DNA from: Convolutriloba macropyga
Taxonomy: Eukaryota
Length of the DNA stretch: 64,000 nucleotides
Assembly: GCF_964194025.1 (NCBI RefSeq)
Contig: NC_134470.1
Coordinates: 6,448,001 to 6,512,000, forward strand
Direction of reading: 5' to 3'
Both the position numbers and the translations under genes were made by a program. The notes below the pieces were generated by a model. It ran no database searches, had not been told where the DNA came from, and was given only the letters and a program-made list of their open reading frames with translations. Below are positions 49,701 to 61,700 of this stretch, one piece after another (the stretch's first letter is position 1; every line of letters starts with the position of its first letter).

Positions 49701-52700
49701 GGACATAATAAAATTTTATGTCGCATCTGTATTCCACGTTTGATTCTTTGTTTGGGCGAAAAGAATAACTTTCCAACTTAAATAATATCAGAAAACGAAT
49801 TTGAGGTTATCTGTAAAAAATTTTTCTAAATATTTTTTTATAAATGAGCATCTATAGGTATAAGCTGGCTTCAGAGAATATCAGAACTTCATTTATTTAA
49901 TTGGACTTACTCATTAATTTCGTGCCCAACTTTGCAAATGATATTGCACGTTTTGGTCTTTTAGCGGATCACAAAGAGATGCCGGGAATCACATAAGTGA
50001 GTCCTTGCCGATTGAATTTTTTAAAAGACAAAAATGGTTTAAAAATTTATGAAAAATAGCTATATGATTCTTGGTATTCATACTAGGATCATATATGATT
50101 TCTTTGTAGTCATACAAGGTTCATATATGATTTCCTAGTAGTCATGTATGATTTCTTAGTAGTCATGCAAGGGTCGTACTAGGAAATACGTTAAGATTTG
50201 TATTATACCATATATGATCCTTGTATGACTACTCAGAAGTGGTGACCTGGGAGTTCAGTCTGAGGATAGTCTGATCAGAGGTCTGTTCTGGATGGTAACC
50301 GTCTGATCATAGGCACCTTAGATCTAAAATAGGTTAAATACTGTCGGAAAAAATCTATAGTTGAACTAACGAACAATTTTTTGAGATTTTTCAATTGTTT
50401 TCGATGTGTTACCCTCTTCCGTCTCTCAACCGGGCTGGGGAACGGCTACGGCGGATTTACAAACAAACAACAGTAGGAGAACTGAGTCCGAGCAAACGGC
50501 AAAAATACGCGCTCTAAGATTCTCCCCCAAAAAACAAACAAAACAAAACAAATTAAAACATATAGCTAAAATTATGTCAAAAAGTTGTCTCAAGTTGATT
50601 TAAAAAAACCAACTTTTGAGATTTTCCTGTATTATCTGGTGGCGTTTTCCTCCTCCTTCTCTCAACCGGGCTGGGGACCGGCTACGGCGGAGTTACAAAG
50701 AAACAACTAAAGGAAATTTTGAGAAGAGCACTAGGTAAATTGCCAGGCTTAAACTCTATCTCCTAACAAAACAATGCATAAATCGTTACTTTAACAACAA
50801 ATTTTTAAATTTCGCTAATCGCGGAACTCGCAAATTTCCGTATGAAAAACTAACTTTTTTCCTAGCAAGCTATAGCAACAATTCTTTTTGTTTTAGACTC
50901 TAGGTACACAGGAGATACTCCAAACCGAGTTTGGTTTAGTTTGGTCTGGGTATAGTCTGATCACAGGTCATCTGACGCGCACAATCGTCTGGACAATGGT
51001 CTGGGATTCGTCTGGGCCATGGTTGCACAATCCACTGGCAATGGTCTGATTTGGGTATGACCATAGGTCACTTCCGGATGGGAATGGTATGATCAGAGAC
51101 AGTTGTGAGCGCACAATGAGCGCACATGGTGTTTTGAGCGCACATTAGTGTGATCAGATGATACTTTCGTCTGGGATGGTCTGATCAGAGCTTAATTTCG
51201 TCTGGCGCGGTCTGATCAGAGCTCACTTCCGGATTGCCCTTCAACCTGGGATACAACACGCTAAGGCGTTTCATTTTAGATATCTCGTCTTACGCTATTA
51301 GCGCAATTAACTTTTAGATTAATGCTTGGTGCGAAGTAATTGATATGAATTATATTGAGTATTTTGCAAACTCGAGGCGAGATTGCCTAACTCAACTGAA
51401 TTGTGATACCCGCCTGTTATTTGACTCAGGCATGTAGTTTAAATCAGACTAGCAGGTCTGTAAAAGCTACCTGAAGGCATCTTATCTTGAACTTCTAGCA
51501 ATTAATATTCTCATTAAAAAATTATTAGTGATTGCTGGTGTACATAAGATCATTTAAATGACATTTTGCAAATTACTTTGGACACCCCAAAACAATGAAG
51601 ACAACCAACTATGTCAAAGAAAATTTTTATGCGAGTTAAAAGTACTAGACGTTCTCACAGAGCAAGAAAAAATCAAAACAGATAGAACGAGTTATAAAGA
51701 GAATGAGAAAGAGAGAGACATCCATAGCAGCGGAAATATATAGTGAACCGGAGAGCTAATAGATATAAGAATACGAAAAAAAAATCCAAAAGACCGAGAA
51801 CAAAAGAAGGTTGAAGGCAGAGAAGGAAAACAGAAAAAAATTATCTGGGAGAAAGCCAAGGGAAGCGAAAAGCGAAAAAAGGGAATTAAGGAGGAGCAAG
51901 AAAAATTGAAATTGATTGACAGGAAAACATAAAGAATAAAATGCGACAGAAACTATAAAAACACCAGGAAACCACCGTAAGAAACTTAAAACTGAATAAA
52001 AAACAGACAAGTAAAAAGAAGAAGTTAGTTAACAACCGAGAAAAAAAGAGAGAGCGATAGAGAGAGAGAGAGAAGTGAAAAAGGAAAGTGAGATAGTGGA
52101 AGAACGCAAGAAAAAACGAAAGCTGTATAAAGAAGGAAAATTGGACCGCTAATAGAAAGAAGCCAAAATCATGAGAGGGAAAGTACAAGAACAGCGAAAA
52201 AGTGAGCAAGCGCAAAAAGCAAAAGCAAAAAATTGAGTGTAACAAGAAAATATCAGAGCTAGAGAGAACACTTGAAGAGAAGATATAAAATAAAGCACAA
52301 CAGAAAAAAAAGATAGAAAAAGAAACCGAAGAGAGGGAGAGATACAACAGTTCCAAAGTGAAGAGAAATTAGATCATGGGTGAGATAATGCATTCCGGTT
52401 CTCATGAAAAAAGATGAATGTGCTAATGAGAACACGGTTGCAGTGCCCAAAATGAGGATTGTGGTGATGAAAAATAATCGTTGTCAAGATTTTGCGAAAT
52501 TTTTTACGATTTTAACAAACACAGATCTGAGTTAAAGAACTGGCTAATGCCACCAAAATAAATTTCTCAAAAAAATTAAAGAAGGAACATTATATACCGA
52601 TCATGTTTCGTATGCAATAAATTATTAGTGACAGCCCTTAATATGAAAAATTCTTCTACTGAGCGCTCAAAAAGTTGTATTTATTTTAAGACCTTTCTTG

Positions 52701-55700
52701 ACATATGCAATTTTTCGGCCCCTAACTTTGGTTTTTGCATCGGCACCTTTTGGGTCTTTTACATTTTGTTCGCTGAAATCTTCTGTATTAGAAAACTTAC
52801 GTACAGTGAAACTTTGACAAAACAAATTTCTAACGTCCACCTTTTAATCCTTGACGTTTTTGGTGACTTTTCATTCTCAAACTTTCAAGACAATATTTCT
52901 TCCTCAACAACAATTTTTGACAAGGAGTTACGAAAAAGATTTTTTTGTCGGTCATAAACTCTTTTTGTCTTGACAAAATTCTGATCTTTTGATCTTTTAC
53001 CTTTTCAGTAACGCATGCTTTTCGTTCACAGACCGTTTTCTGAAGAAGTTTTTGTCCCGAGACCTGTTTCTAACTAATCGGCCAAAGATTTTTTCGACAC
53101 TATTGTTTTTGTTTATTGAAACCCAGAGTATTGTCTTTTTCTTTGACAAAATAGATTCAACAACAGGCTTTTTTCTTAAAGCGAAGTTCGGTAGATGGCA
53201 CAGCCACTTGGCAACATGGCCTTCTGGCAACACCTGTTTGTAACCTTTTTCGGTCAGTGACCGTTTGGAAACTTTAATCAGTCAATGACCTTAAGGCACA
53301 CTTTTTCGGTCATTAACCCCAATTAAGCAACCGCTTGACCGTGCTCTTTGGTAGTACGTTTGAAACTTGCTGCTCAGTGATGCCTCTAAAACGTGCTGCT
53401 ATATGTGTTCATGTGATTAATATATAGATTATAGAAAGTTAAAATAAAAACTGATTTATAGAGGTTAGAACTAATGTAACAAGGTTTGAACTAAAGAATT
53501 GAGTATATCTTTAGCCATGAAAAAGTCTGGCTGCTTACAACAACTAAAGAATGAATATAATTACAATAATGAATATTAACTAAAAAGCAATTGCAAACAA
53601 ACTATTATCCTCAAATGACTCTATATGTGGTATATCGGGATTCATGTTCCACATTTCCCGCATTCTGAGTAAAATTAAATTTTCCCGAATTTTTAGCTAA
53701 ATTAACAACATGCAATGAAATTATTGACGATATCAACTAGTTAAAAGAACAGTTAATGTGACCAAGTGGCAATTGAGTTCTAACGTTTCTGAATCAGTTT
53801 TTTGACCTAAATCACTATCCGAATCAGACGCGTTTGCGGCATCGAGTGTTGTTAAAGATCTGAGAGTCAAAAGTGACAATATAATTTTCTGGAAAAAATT
53901 GCGGTTAAGTTTGTCCCCTGTTTTATTTGACTCGCGCGTGGACTTTTACTCGATTGATTGGAAGCCATCAACGATTACGTTTCGCCAAGCAAAAGGCAAA
54001 AAAGCAGAAACAATTTGCTAGTTGGAGTCGGAGTCGTTTGGCGGAGCGAAAAAACTTTGCTCCGTTTGCGGAGGAATCTTAGCAGAGCATAAAACATGTA
54101 CGAATCGCTTCTATTTTGTTTGCTTCTTCGAAGTTCTTGTGGGTGCAGGATTTCCGATGAATCGTGCGAAAAGTTTAGTCGGCGGCTTCCGAGGACAACA
54201 AGTAGACTTCGTTTAGCCGACTTGATAAGTCGTTCCCTAACACCTCCGAAGTGCGGTGCCAGAGTAGGGTTGAATGTCCACTGGATGTTTTGTTGCGCCA
54301 GCTGGAGACGTATGTAGTTGTTGTCTGGTTTGAAGTTTTTCTGAAAATTGAGTTTCATTGCCTGGTTAGCTCCAGCAAAGTTTTTTTGGTTGTCCGAAAC
54401 AATGACATCAGGGTATTGTCATCAGGATACAAAACGTCGAATAGCCATTAGCAGACAGTCTGTGGAGAGGTCCTCACAATCTTCCAAGTGTACTGCTCGT
54501 GTGAGCAGGCATGTAAACACGCAGACATAATTGAGTTCTGTCTGGGTTCTGGATCTTTCAATGTGAAAAGGACCGAACATGTCTATTCAAGTGTTCACAA
54601 ATGGGAAGAGTTTGGAGTGCTCCAGAAAGAGAAAAATTGGTAGAGGTGCCATGAACGGTCTGACATTGTCTGCTCGCCAGCGTGTACAGATGAAGCAGTA
54701 CTTCCCCAAATTTCTTAGAGCTCTGCGTATTCAAACTATCATGAAGTTTGCTTGGATATGTGCACGAATGTTCAATTCCATGATGCCCGCAGTCGTGATG
54801 TGCTTTCTCGATAAGCAGATTGGCAACTCTGCACTTGCTGTGGAAAATCACCGTTTTTTGCTCTGAAAAGGCACTCCAGACTTCTGAATTCGTCCCTCAA
54901 CACTAAGGAGTCCGTCGCCATCCAGAAAGTGTGTATATGGTAATATTTTGTCCTTCTTGTCTAGGGGTAGTCCACTTTGAAGTCGAGAAATGGTGTCCTT
55001 GAAGTGTGTGGAATGGGATATTCTCAGGAGAAAGTTTCCAGCCTTGTTTTCGTCTGCTGCGAAGTCGTCCAAATCGCAAGGCACGTCGTGTTTGATCAAC
55101 TTCTTCAGTACGCGTATTGATCGAAACACAGTCCTAATTATGCCAAGGAGTCTAGGCCAATTTGAAAATCTGTTTTGATCTACCAATGGTTTTTCACTGG
55201 TCTTGTCATCAACTTGAGTGGCGTATGTTTGAGCTGTTTTGTCACAGGAGAATGTCCACTCAATCTCAGGTTTGATCAAGAAAGAAGGTGATGTTATCCA
55301 CGATTTTTGAAGATCGCATGGAGCTACACCTCTGGTACCATGATCAGCCGGGTTCAATTTTCCTGGTACGTATCGCCAGTCGTCTTTTTTTGAGTTCTCA
55401 GCAATTTTGTTGAGCCTGTTTGCGATGTACATATTCTGTCGATCCTTTTGATTTTATCCAGCTGAGTACTGATGCGCTGTCGGTCCAAAAATTTTTGCTC
55501 TTCACATCTATTGTCATCTCGGTCTCAAAGAAGCCTGCTACTTCTGCTTCCAATGAAGCTGCTTTGAGGTCCAATTTGGGAATGCTCATCTGTTTGATTG
55601 GTGCCACCTTGGATTTGCTGATGACGTATTGGGTAGCTATTGTGCCGTCAGCGGAGATTGTCCTCGACTGCTGATATTGCTGAAAGTGAAGCGTCTGTGA

Positions 55701-58700
55701 AGGTGTTCAACTCATGAGTTCCGTCGACGTTGGGAAATAGACCTCTGGGAATTTGAATTGGAGGCATATTCTGGAAGTCTTCCATCCATTTCTGAATTTC
55801 GTGGTAATTTTCCTTTGAGATTAGTTGGTCCCAATTGTGTCCTTCTTGATTTGCAAGATGCATCTCAATTGAACTGTAAAAGGCAAGATTTTCCAATTGG
55901 GTTCAAACAAAGGAGCAGCCATTGAGAGAAGCTTTCTCTGTGTGATATTAACGTTTTCATTGCTCAGTTTGGGTTTCGCAAAAAGAAGTTGGTCGGATTC
56001 AGGGTTCCATGTTTGACCAAGTATCCTCTGCAACTTCAGAACTCCAATTCTTCCTTCCTCTGGAATATTTTCCAGCACAGCAGGGATATTGCTGAGAAAC
56101 TTGGTGAGGTTGAATCCCCCTGTTTTGAGAACATGTTTCAGCTCAGTCGCTGTATTTGCAGCCTCCTCCTCTGTTGAAAATGTTTGTATGAAGTCATCCA
56201 TGTAGACTTGTTTTATGATTGAGTCGAATATTTCTGGATGCTGTTGTCTGTTATCCTTGGCGCACTTTTGCAGAACAAAAATTGCGCTGGCGGGAGAACA
56301 AGTTGCTCCAAAAATGAGTTGTTGGTATTTGGATGTCCTCCACTCCTCATCTCCGCTCCACAAAAAAACGGAGAGCATCTTGGTCTTCTTCTCTGATTCC
56401 AACTTGCATGAACATAGCCTCTATGTCTGCTGTTATTGCAACCTTGTACTGAAGAAACCGTAAAAGAAGTCCATGTAGATTGCACAAAAGATCCGGTCCC
56501 GTTAGCAGCGCATCGTTCAAAGAAACCCCTTTGTATTTTGAGGCTGCATTTGTCACTCGTCTTATCTTGTCTGATTTTTGCTTGTTGATTAGGGGATGAT
56601 GAGGCAGATACCAAATTTTTTGCATCTTGGTTCGTAACAGCTGCTATGTATCCCTTATCCATATCATCAAAGATAGTGGTCATATATCTCTGTTTCAGTT
56701 TGTTGTCTCTCTCTCTAATTGCTTCTGCAGGGCGTGCCACTGAACCCTTGCCATGAAGTAATTGCTGGGCAGTGTGACGTTTTCTCGCCATGGGAGTCAA
56801 ATCTCAAATCTTTCCCCGTTGTGATGTGTGGTCAAAATCTTTAGTGCCTTCTGGTCCTCTTCCTTGAGTCCCTTTGTAGAACCCTGACTGAAATTGACAC
56901 CTTCAAAGGTCCAAAACAGGTGTAGAAGGATTTCGTTCGGGTCGTCACTACCTCGCTTGAGATGGTTGAAAAGAGTGATGTTGTGGTTGCTGCTTCATTT
57001 TATTGTTTGGTTGAAAGTACTCTTGTGGCACAGGGCCTGTCAAAGTCCATCCTAACAGTGTGTTGACTCCGTAGGGTGTTCCTGTTTTGCCGGTAGTGAA
57101 ATGTCTTGGCACAGTAGCCAGAAAAGCCTCAGCCCCTATGAATATTCCAATTTTGTTGTCACAGATTTGTGGAAAATTGATATCTGCCAGATGATCATGC
57201 TCCCTACAAAGTCTATTCAACATTTCTGCGGGGACAGTTGGCAATTGGAGCTGCTCGATAGAGGTTGTGTACACAGAAAGACTTGTCACTGGATTTGAGC
57301 TGCGAAGTGAACCAATTCCGATCATGACATCAGCTGTTGTCACTGTGTGCTCACCAAGTAGCGAAGCTAGAGGAAGTTCTATATTTTTTGGGGACTCTAA
57401 TTCGAAGAGCATCAGCAATGTTTTGTGTGATCTGCGTATAATCATTTCCACGGTCCAAAAGTTCATAAGTCTCTATGTTGAAGTCTTTGTTGAAGTGCGT
57501 GACTGGTATCGCCTGTAGTTGAATAAAAACTCTGACCCATGTGGGTTGCCGATTTTTGCTGCAAGTGTGGTTTTGCACCCGTGGAAGTTTGGCTGGCCCA
57601 TCATTCAGCTCGTTGCTGGTCACTGATTGAAAGTCATTTGAGGATTGCTGTGCTGCTGATTGGCAGTTTGATGCGAGCGGTTGTTTCCATAGCTTGGATT
57701 ACGAAGGTTGAAATTGTTTTGATTATATCCCCTTCTGTTGTTGGTATTTGCCGTGTTACTGATTGTTGACGAAAGCTGAGACGTTGTATGATTGAAGTTT
57801 CTACCGTAATTTGACTGCACCGGTTTATTCCTGGATCGAAATCCTCCTTTAATCGTTGCTTCGAAACTACTTCTCTGCGAAGTCCTGAAGTCGTCTCGAT
57901 GGAGAGTTGAATGATGAAACCTAATGCATCTGTCTACAAGACATCGAATTTTTGATTTACAGAATCCACTCTCATGTATCTTCAAACAATTGACACACAA
58001 GTTGTGATGCCTCACCAATAGCAGGCAGTCAGCTACAGATTTGCTCGTGTATTCTTTGCAGCGACCAAGGTTGTGATCCCCAGAGCATAGTAGACAGTTT
58101 GAGCTGGCTTGAAAAATTATGGTGGAGTGTTTCTGGCCTTGGGAAAGCCAATCAACCCGGACTGTTTTTTGTGGTCTGTGTGGAGAGGCATCCTCTCAAG
58201 CCTATGCATATGTGTTTATCCAATCTGCAAAATCAGCTAAATTGGGTTGCTCTATTCTCATGCTCCTTACATGTTGATTCCAGCAAATAGTCATTGGTGT
58301 TGTCAACTTTTTCTCGGCAACTTTAGCTACCGCTGAAGCTTTTAGGTGCAAATCAAAATGGTGAATTCGAAAGGTCTGTACCAAACGACTGAGGAAGGAC
58401 GCAAAACTTCCAAAGCTGCTGGGATCATCCATTCTGGTCTTAGGTCATTATTCATGTTTTGTGAGGTATGCACTCACATCAAGCTGCGGCTTTCCAAAAA
58501 TTTCTGATAAGTTCCTGAAGTGCCTCCTCATAGAAGTCTCCGTTGTAAGAGTAACCACAGATGAAGTCTTTTGCTTTGTGAGTTACAGAGTTTTGCAAGT
58601 ATGTCATTTTCTGAACAGTTGAAAGAGCTGGATTGTCGTGAATGGTTGACTTGAAAAAACTGTACCATTGATGCCACATCAAAGGGTCGCCTGAGAAATG

Positions 58701-61700
58701 GTCAAGACTAATCTTTGGTAGACTGAACGCATTCATCATTACTTGATGATTGGTCCATTCATAATTGTGAGTCGTTGTGGGAACTGTTGCTCAGAAAAGT
58801 GTGGTGGCATGACATATAAGTGACGATTAATCTTTCCGTTGAGAGCGTTCATCATTTTGTTTGTCTCTGGGTATGAGTGATCCATTTGACTACCGAACAA
58901 ATGACGTGACTGTTGCTGATCACGTGGATAGTGATTGTCTGCAAAAGGTTGAATGTGTTGTACCGGAATTCCAGCACACAGTGTCTGTTGGTTGATCGCT
59001 TGAAGTATTTAGGGAAGCAGAACCATGATTTGGAACATTCACATCAAAAATCGGGCAACTCTGAACCTGTTTCGCATCTTCACTGAGGCTGCGATGCTAC
59101 TACATCGCACTGTTCTCTTTAGGTTTCTGTTGCTGAGCGTTGTATTTTGATACACTTGCTCTCTCTTTTTGAAGATCACGATGACGGTTTTCGGACGGTA
59201 CACCATCATAGTCATCAGATCTGAACACCTCATCCCAGCTCTCAGCGTTTTCACCTGCATTTTGCGTTGGCGTTTTACGTATCATTCCGCTTGGTTGTTT
59301 ACGTCTGGTTCCTGAAACAAGAACCTTGCTCCGTAGTTTGTGGAGTTCTTCCGAGGAGGTGTCGGAAGAGATGAACTTTTGATGGTTTTTTAGCCATGAA
59401 GCAATCTGATTTTTTGTTTGGTTTTCAGCCATTTGAAATTTCTTCGCGAAGACTCTGCAGCAACAGTGTCGAACTCTTCTTGTGTCAGCTGTTGTTCTAT
59501 GAGTTCCTTACAAATGTAATCAAGCTTTTTGCAGTCGAAGTTCGTCAACGAGCTCATGGAAGTCTGCTGCTGCTTCTGATTGTTGCATCTGTTCGTCGAG
59601 TAGGTCGTGTGCTGGTTCAAGAGCTGCATGAGCCGAGCCTTGTAGGTTGGCTTTGGCTTGTCTCATTGGTTAATGGTTACTTAGTTTATGGTTGCACGAT
59701 GACAATTTATGGTTCACAAAAAACAATTTATTGCAATTGGAGTGTTATGAGTGACTGCACTTATAGTTAGCACTTAAAGTGCTGTTAGAAAGCCTACTAA
59801 TTGTTTCTGTTATATTCAAAATAACTTGAATGCTATTTATGTTGCTGTTGTGGACAGCTATCAATGGTTCGGTTGTCTTATGTTTTACCGAATCTTGCTT
59901 GAATTCTGTCTATTAAAGTATTCTATGTACGCTTTGCGTTGTGGGGAGGGTTTTGTCTGATCATGGTCGCAGAGAAACACCCTAACCTGGGGAGTATACT
60001 GTTTTAGCTTTTAGAAAATTTTGAGCCTAGAAACAAAAACTTTTGCACTTGCTTGGCAGCAGGTGCAAAACTGTAAATCAGAATCAGCTAGTGTAACTTT
60101 TTGAATGTAGGAAGGGCTTAATAAAACCCTGAACTTTTTAATGCTCTTTCGCTAGACTTAGGATCAGAGAGTTTTTGCTGAAGTAGAACGTGCTATAATT
60201 TAGGAAAGATCAGGCTTTGCTACCTCTGTATAAATATATTTGACTATCCCCGTCGTAGGCCTATGCGTTGATTCAAAAAAGAACCCGCAGCCTCGCCCAC
60301 TCAGGCCCCAGTCAATCCTATTAGCAAATGTGGGAACTCTAGCCGCATGGACTTGAGAACTGCATTGAGCGGACTGCATCATAATGTTCGGAGTGAAAGG
60401 AACCATGCATGGGGAAGATCATTGAACTGTAACTTACTTAGAAAGTCTGACAGCCTATAAATTTGAAGTGCTAAAAATATCTGTAGGAAAAAATCTATAG
60501 CACATTTATTTCAGCTAGGTGGTGGGAATTTTTACGTTTTAGTGAAAAACTACAAGTCAGAAATTTTGAGTTGTCTCTGTTTTGTGAGTCCGTGGTTCAG
60601 TTTTAAAAATGGGGATGCGCCAGAATTTGTTATCTTTTCTTTAGTGTGATCGGCTTTTAGAGACAACGACTGATTTTCAAGAGTTTTTTTTCTGTGTGTT
60701 CTTCTATAAGCTTGTATGATTGTTAAATAATAGCTTACAGAGATGTGGTGGATCTATTCTGTTTCGGGCCCCCAGTGTTTTTTACGCCCCCACTTACAAA
60801 TTATATGTTGTTATATAGCACGTTACTATGTGAAGAAATAGCACGTGATTCTGGGCGGCGAAAAATATATAAGCCCACTAAGCTGGGGGGGGGGGCGAAA
60901 CAGAATAGATCCGGTGTGGTTTATACCCGCATTTATGATCAAAGCTAAGTGTGGCACGATGAAACTCATGTATGATAATGAGTGAAAAGGTTTGGCACTG
61001 AAAGTCATGAAAAATCATTGTTAGAGATGTGACTTTTACAGCGATTATGAATATGAACTCAAAAATTTTGAAATAAATAACATGGGGAAGGATTGGGTGC
61101 TAAACGGTTACGGACCGTTTACAGTCATTATCACCGCAATTGTGTTCAATTTATTTTTTCACCTTTTTCATTTCAATATTTCTTATAGCTTCATTCTCAT
61201 TTTTTTACTTCCAATATACAATTGATTGTTAAGTGCTATCAACATGTCAAATAGGTGTTATATCATGAAATAAGGGTAACACTTTTTATAATACTCATTA
61301 TAGAGACATTGCTTTCATCAAAGCTTGTAATGATACATTAAAATGAAATCATAATTTCTATATATGTTTGAATATTTAACATAGTATGATCCACCAGATT
61401 ATTCGTCCATTGTTGTCGATAAAATAAAAGAAAAATAAATTATGATTTCAAAGTAAGAGAAATAATTATGCAAAGAATGCGAAAACTGTGCTTGATAGTA
61501 AACCGAAAAGAAGTCGCGCTAAAGGGCTAAAAATATATAAAGTATGACCCGCGAGAAGATTCATTCAATGTCGTTGATAAAAAACAGTAAATGGTTTTTG
61601 ATCACAAAGACAGAGAAATAAATATGCACAAAATAGGAAAACTGTGCGTGGTATAAAACCAAAACGAAATCGTGATAGAGGTCGTTAATGATGTTTGCCC

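Larger units (their letters stand above)
49121..51250. mobile_element. Non-autonomous CCC...GGG element with 2-bp TSD, (G)TCTGATCAGAG-motif family, carrying internal cargo
   Basis: TIR cccgggttgaggtgccatccggaagtgacctctgatca / tgatcagagctcacttccggattgcccttcaacctggg, AT on both flanks; ~31-bp subterminal repeats; nested tcatac/atatgatt repeat block at ~49425-50235; twister dimer at ~50320-50785. Confidence 0.8.

Noticed and set aside
51756-52450. Hydrophobic multi-TM-looking ORFs
   Set aside because: Reverse complement of an A/G-rich low-complexity tract.
53340-54170. 3' LTR of the second Bel/Pao element
   Set aside because: No match found to the sequence beyond the PBS-like site at 60406, and no TSD.
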